DNA of 64,000 nucleotides from an uncultured Spirochaetota bacterium. Its GTDB lineage: Bacteria > Spirochaetota > UBA4802 > UBA5550. The notes beneath the pieces were generated by a model. That model made no database searches. It was not told the DNA's origin and worked only from the letters and a program-made list of their open reading frames with translations. Of this stretch, positions 30,344-40,320 are shown piece by piece. The first letter of the stretch is position 1. Each line of letters starts with the position of its first letter. Made by a program: the position numbers and the translations under genes. The stretch covers positions 320,001-384,000 of the forward strand of contig CAWHAA010000005.1 in assembly GCA_963827275.1 (NCBI GenBank), in the 5' to 3' direction.

Positions 30344-31288
30344 ATGGCATTTGAAGCACCGAAAATAAATTACGCGGGAAAGATCAGGGAGATCACACTG
30401 GGCGCGGGCCCGAAAGCGGTCACCGTGGGCGGCGCCACATCCTACCCCTTCCACCTATTTGAAGGGGCCATGCCCCATCCGCCCCGCATCGCCATGGAGG
30501 TCCCGGACTACAAGCCCGAAGACTGGGCCGAGGCGGCCACCGCCCCCTTCGCGGACGTCCTGGATGACCCGGCGGCGTGGGCAAAGAAAAACGTCACCGA
30601 GTACGGTGCGGACATGATCGCCCTGCAGATGGCGAGCATCGACCCCAACGGCATGAACCGGCCGGCGCGGGAAGCGGCCGACATCGCCAAAAAAGTCATC
30701 GCGGCGGTTGATGTGCCGGTGATCCTCTGGGGCGTCGGCAACCATGAAAAGGACACCGAAGTGCTGCGCATCCTTGCGGAAGAATGCGAGGGTAAAAACC
30801 TGGCGATGGGGCCTGTCGAGGAAGGCGACTACAAGCAGATCGGCGCCGGCGCCCTCGCCTACAAGCACGTGGCCATCGCTTCATCGCCCATCGACGTGAA
30901 CCTTGCCAAGCAGCTTAATATACTGCTCGGGAACCTGGGCGTGCCCGCGGACAAGCTCCTGGTGGACCCCACGACCGGACCGCTCGGCTACGGGCTCGAG
31001 TACACCTACTCGGTGATGGAGCGCGACCGGATGGCGGCCCTCACCCAGGAGGACGAGAAGCTCCAGTATCCCCTCATCTGCAATGTCGGATCTGAAGTAT
31101 GGAAAACAAAGGAAGCCAAGATGTCCGCCTCCGACGACCCGAAGCTGGGCGACGCGAAGGAGCGGGGCATCCTGCTCGAATGCATCACCGCGATGAGCCT
31201 CCTCATAGCAGGGGCGGACGTCCTCATCTTGAGGCACCCGGAGTCGGTGAAGCTTATCAGGAAGATGATCAAGAATTTGATGGAGTAG
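30344..31288 (+). CDS. acsD: Corrinoid Fe-S protein small (delta) subunit
   Basis: PFHLFEG, SPIDVNLAKQLN, DPTTGPLGYGLEY, ILRHPES. Confidence 0.95.
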   Translation: MAFEAPKINYAGKIREITLGAGPKAVTVGGATSYPFHLFEGAMPHPPRIAMEVPDYKPEDWAEAATAPFADVLDDPAAWAKKNVTEYGADMIALQMASIDPNGMNRPAREAADIAKKVIAAVDVPVILWGVGNHEKDTEVLRILAEECEGKNLAMGPVEEGDYKQIGAGALAYKHVAIASSPIDVNLAKQLNILLGNLGVPADKLLVDPTTGPLGYGLEYTYSVMERDRMAALTQEDEKLQYPLICNVGSEVWKTKEAKMSASDDPKLGDAKERGILLECITAMSLLIAGADVLILRHPESVKLIRKMIKNLME

Positions 31289-31453
31289 CCCCCCTGTCCC
31301 CCGTAGGGGGCACGAAAGAGGGAGCTGGAAGTATAAAAAACGCAAATCAGGGTCATCATATAAAACAAAGCAGTGAAACAGCATCATATACAATTGATTT
31401 TGAATTATTACAAAATGATTGATCCCTCACGCCCCCTCTGGGGGACGGGGGGG
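31288..31453. repeat. Inverted pair of family-B hairpin repeats around an AT-rich spacer
   Basis: CCCCCCTGTCCCCCGTAGGGGGCACG (31289-31314) ... CGCCCCCTCTGGGGGACGGGGGGG (31430-31453). Confidence 0.8.
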
Positions 31454-31472
31454 GAGATAACAGGAGCACCAC

Positions 31473-33419
31473 ATGTCAGAAGAAACCAAACTCTTTGCCG
31501 ACAAGGCATCGCAGGAAATATATGAAAAAGCAAAAAGAGACGGCGTCAACACGGTCTTCGACAAGGCGGCCGAGCTCAAGGCCTGCCCGATCGGGTCGGC
31601 AGGCGACTGCTGCAAGCACTGCGGCATGGGCCCCTGCCGGGTGCCCGAGCCAAAGTCGCCGGGGGCGGTACGCAAGCTCGGACTGTGCGGAGCAACGGCA
31701 GAGACCATATCCGCGCGCAACTTTTTACGCATGATAGCCGGCGGGGCCGCTGCGCACTCCGACCATGGCCGCGGCGTTGCGGAGATCTTCCTGTCCGCGG
31801 CGAAGGGCGAGATCCCCGGCTACGGCATCAAGGACGAGCAGAAGCTCCTGGCCCTCGCGCTCGACTTCGGCATCGCCATCGAGGGAAAAGACACGAAGGC
31901 GATCGCCATCGAAGTGGGCCAGAAGTCCCTGGCCCTGTTCGGCCAGCAGGACGGGGAGATCATGTATGTCAAGAAGGCGCCGCAGCGGCGCCAGGAGATA
32001 TGGAAGAGAGAGGGCGTCACGCCGCGCGGCATCGACCGCGAGGTGGTCGAGGTCATGCACCGCACCCACATGGGCGTGGACCAGGACTACCGGAGCCTCA
32101 TGAAGCAGGGAACCCGCGCCGCGCTGGCGGACGGCTGGGGCGGCTCGATGCTCGCCACCGACCTCCAGGACATCATGTTCGGCACGCCGGTGCCGTCTAT
32201 GCGGAAGTGAACCTCGGCGTGCTCAAGAAGGACGAGGTGAACATCATCGTGCACGGCCACGAGCCGCTCCTCTCCGAGATGATCGTGATCGCCTCGCGCG
32301 ACCCGAAGATGCTCGAGATGGCCCGTTCACACGGCGCCAACGGCATCAACATCGCGGGCATCTGCTGCACGGCCAACGAGATACTGATGCGCCACGGCAT
32401 CCCCATCGCCGGGAACTTCTTACAGCAGGAACTCGCCATCACCACCGGCGCGGTGGAGGCGATGGTGGTGGACGTCCAGTGCGTGATGCAGTCGCTCCAG
32501 AGCGTTGCGGCCTGCTACCACACCAAGCTCATCACCACCAACCCGAAGGCGGACATCACCGGGTCAGTGCGCATGGAGTTCAACGAGCACGACGCGCTCA
32601 ACTCGGCTAAGGCGATCGTCACCGCGGCCATCGAAAACTTACACGAACCGCTCGAGCGACGTGCTGATACCGAAGGCGAAGGCGCCCATGATCGCCGGCT
32701 TCAGCCACGAGACCATCAACTACATGCTGGGCGGCACCTTCCGGGCGTCGTACCGGCCGCTGAACGACAACATCATCAACGGGCGGATCAGGGGGCTCGC
32801 CGGCGTGGTGGGCTGCAACAACGCCCGCACCGCGCTCGACAGCAACACGCTGATACTGGTCAAGGAGCTGATCAAGAACGACGTGCTGGTCCTGACCACC
32901 GGGTGCACGGCCATCGGCCTGGGGAAGGAGGGCCTGCTCACGCCGGAGGCGGCGCGCGAATTCGCCGGGCCCGGCCTCGCCGAGGTGTGCGAGACCGTGG
33001 GCATCCCGCCGGTCCTCCACATGGGCTCCTGCGTGGACAACAGCCGCATCCTGATCGCGGCCACGGCCGTGGTGAAGGACGGCGGCCTGGGCAGCGACAT
33101 CAGCGACCTGCCCGCCGCGGGCGCGGCGCCGGAGTGGATGAGCGAGAAGGCGATCTCCATCGGGCAGTACTTCGTGGCGTCGGGCATGTACACCGTATTC
33201 GGCGTCACCTGGCCCACGTCGGGCAGCAAAGAGCTCACGAAGCACCTGTTCGAGGACATGGAAAAGATATACGGCGGGCGGTGGGACTTTGCCATCGACC
33301 CGAAGGAGATGGCGCGCAAGATGATCGAGCATATCGACCGGAAGCGGAAAGAGCTGGGCATCGACAAGGCGCGCGAGCGTGTGCTGTTCGACATGGCTGA
33401 CAGGCGGGAGCTGGTGTAA
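31473..33419 (+). CDS. cooS: Anaerobic CO dehydrogenase catalytic subunit; frameshifts near 32195 and 32640
   Basis: CCKHCGMGPCR, AAHSDHGR, VHGHEP, GICCTANE, DVQC, GCNN, GSCVDN and WMSEKA spread over three consecutive frames. Confidence 0.93.
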
Positions 33420-33449
33420 GACAAACACATCACCCCCGCACCCTTCTCT

Positions 33450-33521
33450 CCCCCCCCCGGCCCCCGCAGGGGGCGGTTGAAGCAGGAAGTATAACGTCCC
33501 CCCTCCGGGGGATTTAGGGGG
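33450..33521. repeat. Inverted pair of family-B hairpin repeats (variant)
   Basis: CCCCCCCGGCCCCCGCAGGGGGCG ... GTCCCCCCTCCGGGGGATTTAGGGGG. Confidence 0.7.
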
Positions 33522-33571
33522 CCTGAGTGGAATAGATATGTTGAAGATAAAATGTTGTACGGAGGAACATT

Positions 33572-35777
33572 GTGTCGAAAATAATCGCATCTGCCGCGAT
33601 ACGCGGCGCATATAGCATCGTCGACCGCGCGGAAGCGGACGTAAAACGCGCCATCGACGCGTACGGCCCGAACAGGGAGGTCGCGTTCCCGAACACGGGC
33701 TACTACCTGCCCGTCATCTACGGCATCCTCGGCTACAAGGTGCAGAAGCTTGCCGACATGGAGCATGTCATCAGGGTGAGCAAAAACCTCCTGCCGCCGC
33801 CGGTAAAGGAGAGCCACCATCTCCCCTACCTCGGACCGATCCTCGACGCGGGAATGGCGACGTTTTTCGCGGAGGAGATGCATCGAGGCGATAAAGTATA
33901 TCGACAACCCCGCAGTGTACGTGCCGGGAGAAGACCCGCGCGAGGACAACATCTGGCTCGGCGCCGCTGACGACGTCATCATGCGGAAGCGGGGCGTGGA
34001 GTTCGTCGACGGCACTGCCCCGGGGTTCGCGGCCATGCTGGGCGCTCCCGGAGACCCGGCGGTCGCGGAGAAGATCGCGCTGGAGCTCCAGGAAAAGAAC
34101 CTCTACGTGTTCATGAGCGCCAACACCGGCGGGAAGACCATGTCCGAGCAGCTCGTCGAGCGCGGCGTGCAGATCGGCTGGCCCACGCGCCTTGTCCCCT
34201 TCGGGAAGGATGTGAGCGCCACGGTCTTTTCCATCGGGTTCGCCACGCGCGCGGCCATGTCCTTCGGCGGCATCGAGCCGGGCGACTACCGGAAGATCCT
34301 CATCTACAACAAGGACCGCGTCTTCGCCTTCGGCATCACCTTCGGGTTCGTGAGCGACGAGTGGTACGCCAACGGCGCCGGCTGCATCAACTACGGCTTC
34401 CCCATCATCACCGACACGCCGACCCCGCAGATACTTCCCACGGGCGTGTGCACCTACGAGCACGTGGTGTCAAACGTCCCGCACGAGAACATCGTCTCGA
34501 AGGCGGTCGAGGTCCGCGGCCTCAAGGTCACGGTGAGCAAGGTCCCGGTCCCGGTGGCGTACGGGCCGGCGTTCGAGGGCGAGCGGGTGCGCGGCGACGA
34601 CATCTTCCTCGAGGCGGGCGGCGGCCGCACACCGGCGGTGGAGCTGATCGTGTCAGCGGACATGAACGCGGTCACCGACGGGAAGATCGAGGTCGTCGGC
34701 CCCGAGATAACCGACGTGAAACCGGGGAGCCAGCTCCCCCTGGCCATCCTCGTGGAGGTGGCGGGGCGGCAGATGCAGTCGGACTTCGAGCCGATCCTCG
34801 AGCGCCAGATCCACCACCTTATCAACTACGCCCAGGGGATCATGCACATCGGCCAGCGCGACATCGCATGGCTGCGCGTGAGCAAGCAGGCGGTCGACAA
34901 GGGCTTCCGCATGGCGCACCTGGGGAGCATCCTCCACGCCAAGCTGCACCAGGACTTCGGGAAGATATTCGACAAGGCGCAGGTCACGATATATACGGAC
35001 GAGGCGAAGGTGAAGGAGGTCCTCGACAGGGCGCGCGCCCTCTACAAGCAGCGCGACGAGCGGATCGCCGGCATGACCGACGAGGACACGGACCCCTTCT
35101 ACTCCTGCCTGCTGTGCCAGTCCTTCGCGCCGAACCACGTGTGCGTGGTCACCCCCGAGCGGACCGGCCTGTGCGGCGCGTACAACTGGCTCGACTGCAA
35201 GGCCTCCTTCGAGATCAATCCCACCGGGCCGAACCAGCCGGTGCACAAGGGCGCAGTGCTCGACGCCCGGTACGGGCGGTGGAAGGGCGTGGACGACTTC
35301 GTGGCGAAGGCCTCGCGCGGCACGGTACAGACCGTTGACGCCTACAGCATCATGCGCAACCCGATGACCTCGTGCGGGTGCTTCGAATGCATCGCCGCGA
35401 TCCTTCCCCTGTGCAACGGCATCATGACCGTGGACCGCGACACTGCCGCGATGACGCCGTCGGGCATGAAGTTCACCACGCTCGCGGGCATGGTGGGCGG
35501 CGGCAACATCACCCCGGGCTTCGTGGGCCACAGCAAGTACTACATCACCAGCAAGAAATTTCTGAATGCGGAGGGCGGCATTAAAAGGCTCGTCTGGATG
35601 CCCAGGGCGCTGAAAGAACAGATACGGGAGCAATTCAACCAGCGCGCGGCCGAGATCGGCGTGCCCGATCTCCTGGACAGGATCGCCGACGAGACGATCG
35701 GCACCTCCGAGGAAGAGATACTCCCCTTCCTGACGGAAAAAGGGCACCCGGCGCTGACGATGGACCCGTTGTTTTAA
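33572..35777 (+). CDS. acsB: Acetyl-CoA synthase; frameshift at about 33881
   Basis: FPNTGYYLP, YSCLLCQSFAP, GLCGA, PMTSCGCFE; removing C33881 joins EEM-IEAIKY. Confidence 0.95.
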
Positions 35778-35787
35778 CGATACATAC

Positions 35788-35827
35788 CCGCGTGAAGGCG
35801 GGGTCACGTGACCCCGCCTTCACGCGG
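35788..35827. repeat. 40-bp perfect palindrome (extended family C) upstream of acsC
   Basis: CCGCGTGAAGGCGGGGTCAC|GTGACCCCGCCTTCACGCGG. Confidence 0.9.
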
Positions 35828-35855
35828 ACGAAATCATAATTCAGGAGACGCTACC

Positions 35856-37192
35856 ATGGGAATGACCGGCATCGAAATCTACAAACTCTTACCCCAGACA
35901 AACTGCGGCGATTGCGGCGTGCCGACCTGCCTTGCCTTCGCGATGAAGCTCGCGGCGGGACAGGCGGAGCTGGCGAAATGCCCGCACGTGTCCGATGCGT
36001 CAAAGGCCAAGCTTGATTCCGCGTCCGCGCCGCCGGTGCTGCCGGTCTCCATCGGCGCCTTCAAGACAGGCGGAGAGACGGTGCTCTTCCGGCACGAGAA
36101 GACCTTCGTGAACCCGACGGGGATTGCCGTGCTGGTCACCGACGCCATGAGCGATACTGACGTTGACCGGCGACTGAAGGCCTTCGCGGAGCTCCGCTAC
36201 GACAGGGTGGGCATGCTCCTCGCGGCCGACCTGGTCGCGGTCAAATCCACCAAAGGAGACGCGGCCGCGTTCGGCAAGCTCGTCGCAGAAGGTGGCCGGC
36301 GCGGTCGACGCGGGGCTGATCCTCATGAGCGAGAGCGCGGACGTGCTCGCCGCCGGCCTCCCGCATGCCGCGGGGAAAAAGCCGCTCCTCTACGCGGCGA
36401 CGAAAGCGAACGCCGACGCGGTGGCGAAGCTCGCCCTTGACAACAAGTGCCCCGTGGCGGTGAAGGGAGCGGACCTGGACGAGGTGATCGAGCTCACCCA
36501 GAAGCTGGCAGGCATGGGAATAAAAGAGATCGTGATCGATTCGGGCTCGCGCTCGTTAAAGAAGGCCTTCGCAGGACCAGGTCGCCATCAGGAGGGCGGC
36601 GATCAAGAGCGCCTTCCGGCCCCTGGGCTACCCGACCATCGCGTTCCCGTGCGAGATGGCGAACAACTTCATGGAGGAGACCCTGATCGCGTCCGCCTTC
36701 GTCGCCAAGTATGCGGGGATCGTCGTCCTCTCGGACCTGCGCGGCGAGGGGCTCTTCCCGCTCCTCGTGCAGCGGATGAACATCTTCACCGACCCCCAGC
36801 GCCCCATGGCCACCGAGCAGGGGATCTACCCGATCAACAACCCGGACGAAAACTCGCCGGTCATGGTAACCACGAACTTTTCCCTCACCTACTTCATCGT
36901 GTCGGGCGAGATCGAGGGAAGCCGCGTCCCCGCGTGGCTCCTGGTCATGGACTGCGAGGGGCTTTCGGTGCTCACCGCGTGGGCGGCGGGCAAATTCGTG
37001 GGCGACGCCATCGGCGCCTTTGTGAAAAAATCCGGCATCACCGAGAAAGTGAAGCACCGCTCGATCGTGATCCCCGGGTATTCCGCGGCCATCAGCGGCG
37101 ACCTTGAAGAGCAGCTGCCGGACTGGAAGATAACCATCGGCCCGAGGGAAGCGGCTCATATCCCGGCATTCCTGAAGCAATACCAGGCGTAA
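35856..37192 (+). CDS. acsC: Corrinoid Fe-S protein large (gamma) subunit; frameshifts near 36286 and 36572
   Basis: LPQTNCGDCGVPTCLAFA, LFRHEKTF, NIFTDPQRP, TTNFSLTY, GLSVLTAWAAGKF, GPREA. Confidence 0.94.
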
Positions 37193-37234
37193 CTTCCCGG
37201 CATTGCATATCATCGCGACGAATCGCGGGGTGAC

Positions 37235-38212
37235 ATGAAACAGATGCTCCCATCAGTATGCGGCTTGATCATCTTCATCACAACCGTATCATCCCCCGCT
37301 CCCGCTTTTGAAAGCGCCGGTCCCGGCACGCCGGTCCCGGAACAAACAGGCGAAGCGGCTTCCGATGGGACCGGCTGGCTCCCGGGGACACGCCTCTTCC
37401 CGTCATTCATAGCGGACCCCCGCAGGGTCGCCTTTTCCGGCGGTATCCGCTACCACGATGACGCATTCAACCGGTTCCGGACGCGATACGGCACCGACAG
37501 CCAGGTGCTTGGAAAAAACAGGACCTTCGGCGCGGTCTCGCTCGGGTCGCGCCTGCCGATCTATCGCTGGGACGTGAAAAAAGGGGAGCTGCAATTCGAA
37601 ATCGAGGGGAGCGTATGGGCGCTCTTCGCGTTCAAGCACGCGAGCGGATGGCTCGGCGACGCATCGACACTGTTGAATGCCGATTACTACTTCGCGTTTC
37701 CAACCACCTACGTGTATAAAAACTTCGCGATCCAGTTCCGGCCATGGCACCTGTCATCGCACCTGGGTGATGAATTTATCATACTGTATCCTGAAATAGC
37801 CCGGAGAAACGTGAGCAACGAGGGGATCGACATATATGCATCATATTATATCATCCCCCAGGTGCGGATCTACGGGGGCATCGGCTGCATCTATCACTCC
37901 TTCAAGGGGGCAAAGTTCGATCCTTTCTACATGGAATACGGTGTCGAGATAAGGCCGTTTGGACCGATACGCATCGCCCGCGCATTCATCTTCCAGCCCT
38001 TTGTGACCGCCCACATGAGGAACACCCAGAACAACCGTTTCGCGATTAATGGCAATTACGCGATCGGCATTGAACTGGCCGCTCGCCGCGGCGACTACCG
38101 GCCGAAGATGCAGCTCTTTTTTTCTTTCCATCACGGACCGTCGCTTGACGGCCAGTTCTATCACGCCAAGACGAGCTATTACAGCCTCACCCTCACCTTC
38201 GAGCTGATATGA
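37235..38212 (+). CDS. DUF1207-like exported/outer-membrane protein
   Basis: Signal peptide; LFPSFIADPR, LLNADY, HLSSHLGDEF. Confidence 0.7.
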   Translation: MKQMLPSVCGLIIFITTVSSPAPAFESAGPGTPVPEQTGEAASDGTGWLPGTRLFPSFIADPRRVAFSGGIRYHDDAFNRFRTRYGTDSQVLGKNRTFGAVSLGSRLPIYRWDVKKGELQFEIEGSVWALFAFKHASGWLGDASTLLNADYYFAFPTTYVYKNFAIQFRPWHLSSHLGDEFIILYPEIARRNVSNEGIDIYASYYIIPQVRIYGGIGCIYHSFKGAKFDPFYMEYGVEIRPFGPIRIARAFIFQPFVTAHMRNTQNNRFAINGNYAIGIELAARRGDYRPKMQLFFSFHHGPSLDGQFYHAKTSYYSLTLTFELI

Positions 38213-38225
38213 GGCGGTCCCGGGC

Positions 38226-38783
38226 GTGAAGCACACACCGGCGATAACCAGTGCGCTCCTCCTCTGCTTGATTGCCGCGCACGTGTCAGCAGCCGGGGAA
38301 AAAGCCCCGCAATGGGAAAAAGGCATGGCCGGCATCGCGACCAGCGGCATCGCGGTCGGCGCCCAGATCGAATACCGCTTCATCAGGCAGCTTGGCGTGA
38401 GGGCCATGGGCGTATATGTGTACGGCACCGGGAAAAAGCACGGGCCCATCGTATCAAAAGGGGAGGATCTCTTCTCGGCAATAGCGACGCCGGTCGTCTA
38501 TATCCCCACGCCCGTCGGGTTCATAGAACCGGTCCTGTTCTTCGGGCTCGCGTATTCACACTATCGATGGGGATCATCATATTTCAACATCCGGGGCACT
38601 ATCAATGATGTGACGTTCGGCGGCGGCGCAGGGATCGGTTTCATCGTTGCACCATTCTGCCGGATCGGGGTCAATTGCTGGATAAACTGTGACTACCGGA
38701 TAAAGCGGGAATACGGGATCAAGAAGAAGGGTAACCGGCTGGCGCTGCCGATGCCGTTTCTCGATGTCAGCTTTTTGTTTTGA
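38226..38783 (+). CDS. Hypothetical outer-membrane beta-barrel protein
   Basis: Signal peptide, amphipathic strands, C-terminal Phe. Confidence 0.65.
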   Translation: MKHTPAITSALLLCLIAAHVSAAGEKAPQWEKGMAGIATSGIAVGAQIEYRFIRQLGVRAMGVYVYGTGKKHGPIVSKGEDLFSAIATPVVYIPTPVGFIEPVLFFGLAYSHYRWGSSYFNIRGTINDVTFGGGAGIGFIVAPFCRIGVNCWINCDYRIKREYGIKKKGNRLALPMPFLDVSFLF

Positions 38784-38793
38784 CCTGGGGATG

Positions 38794-38961
38794 TTACTCT
38801 GACCCCGGGTTTTCCGGGGTTTTCACCGATAGTTATCGGTAGCCCGGTTACTCTGACCCCGTATTGCACCGATAGTTATCGGTAACTCCGGCCTCACGGT
38901 TTGACATATGCCACATGATGTACCGATAACTATCTCCATGGTGCCTGTTTGCTCTGACCCC
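38794..38961. repeat. Family-A repeat array
   Basis: TTACTCTGACCCC at 38794 and 38848, TTGCTCTGACCCC at 38949; ACCGATAGTTATCGGT at 38825 and 38868; ACCGATAACTATC at 38922. Confidence 0.9.
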
Positions 38962-39051
38962 CTCACTGTTACACCGAAAAAAGCATTGACGACAAACATT
39001 GATTGCAGAAACTGATTGAAACTGACAAAATAACAACAATCGTACACCAAC

Positions 39052-39603
39052 ATGAAAATCCTGATACTCAACGGTAACCCTCATAGAGACAACAGGGAAT
39101 TTGACCGCTATATCGACTCCCTTTCCAGGGAACTAACAGTCCGGGGCCATAGCACGCAAACCATGGTACTGCGCGACATGGAGATCCGCCACTGCACCGG
39201 GTGCTGGTCATGCTGGTGGAAAACGCCCGGCGTGTGCATGCATCGTGACGACATGCCCTCCGTGTACAGAGGCATCCTTACCGCCGATCTGCTCATCCTG
39301 GCATCGCCGGTGGTTATGGGTTTTATGAGCGCCCTGCTCAAACGCGCCAACGAACGCTTAATCCCCCTCCTGCATCCCTACTTTGCCATGAGGGAGGGCG
39401 AATGGCACCACCGGGGACGGTATGAACGCTACCCCGCGTTAGGCGTTCTCCTGGGACGGGGCAAGGACACCGATGACGAAGACATCGCCATAATAACCGA
39501 CATCTACAGGAGACAGGCGGTGAATTTCCTGACCACCCTCAGTCATGCCTTCACCACAGACCGGCCCATAAAGGAGGCGTGCGATGCGATTGGCGCTCTA
39601 TAA
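39052..39603 (+). CDS. Iron-sulfur flavoprotein / flavodoxin-like FMN reductase
   Basis: LNGNP, CTGCWSCWWKTPGVC, ASPV. Confidence 0.85.
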   Translation: MKILILNGNPHRDNREFDRYIDSLSRELTVRGHSTQTMVLRDMEIRHCTGCWSCWWKTPGVCMHRDDMPSVYRGILTADLLILASPVVMGFMSALLKRANERLIPLLHPYFAMREGEWHHRGRYERYPALGVLLGRGKDTDDEDIAIITDIYRRQAVNFLTTLSHAFTTDRPIKEACDAIGAL

Positions 39604-40273
39604 TGGCTCCCCCCGCGGGAAAAACGGGAATACCGCCATCCTCCTTGGACAATTTACCGCCGGATTTTTGGCTGCCAGTGACAACACCTGCGACTTGATG
39701 TACCTTGCCCGGGTACACCAGCATGGCGATTTTGCGAAAAAGTTCTTCAATGCACAGGCGGTCATTATAGCGTTTCCCCTGTATGGGGATTCCATGCCGG
39801 CCATCGTCAAAGACTTTATCGAGACCCTCGGGACGACAATGCAGTCGGACAAAACCAGGAAGACATCAACACTCCCTGCCCTCGGTTTTATCGTACAGTC
39901 CGGGTTTCCGGAAGCCATACAGTCGAGGTACGTTGAGAGATACTGCGAAAAACTGGCGCGGCGGCTCGGAGCCCACTATATCGGGACGGTGATACGGGGC
40001 GGCGTTGAAGGCATCCAGGCCAGGCCCCCGTTCCTGAACCGGAGGCTCCTGGTCGCTTTCAGGAACCTGGGCAGGCACTTCGGTGTAACAAAAGAGTTTC
40101 ATCCGATCATGAAAAGGAAGCTCGCGGGAAGGGAAAAAATGTCCGCCGCGGGCAGATTCATGTTCCGTATCCTGATGGCAACCGGCCTGGCGAATATATA
40201 CTGGAACATGAACCTGAAAAAGCACGGCGCGTATGGCAGGCGGTTCGACAGGCCGTATGATCCGGCGCCATGA
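39584..40273 (+). CDS. Flavodoxin-like NAD(P)H oxidoreductase
   Basis: NGSPRGKNGNT, FPLYGDSMP, QSGFPE; overlaps the preceding gene. Confidence 0.82.
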   Translation: MRLALYNGSPRGKNGNTAILLGQFTAGFLAASDNTCDLMYLARVHQHGDFAKKFFNAQAVIIAFPLYGDSMPAIVKDFIETLGTTMQSDKTRKTSTLPALGFIVQSGFPEAIQSRYVERYCEKLARRLGAHYIGTVIRGGVEGIQARPPFLNRRLLVAFRNLGRHFGVTKEFHPIMKRKLAGREKMSAAGRFMFRILMATGLANIYWNMNLKKHGAYGRRFDRPYDPAP

Positions 40274-40320
40274 AAAGAATTCAACCTGACCGCCCGGCAC
40301 CGGGACGGGACCCTGAATTT

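Noticed and set aside
32208..32210. TGA in cooS as selenocysteine
   Set aside because: Homology continues in another frame before the TGA, so it is a frameshift product
38794..38961. CRISPR array
   Set aside because: Repeats are 13-16 bp, of two alternating kinds, with irregular spacers; no cas genes in the window
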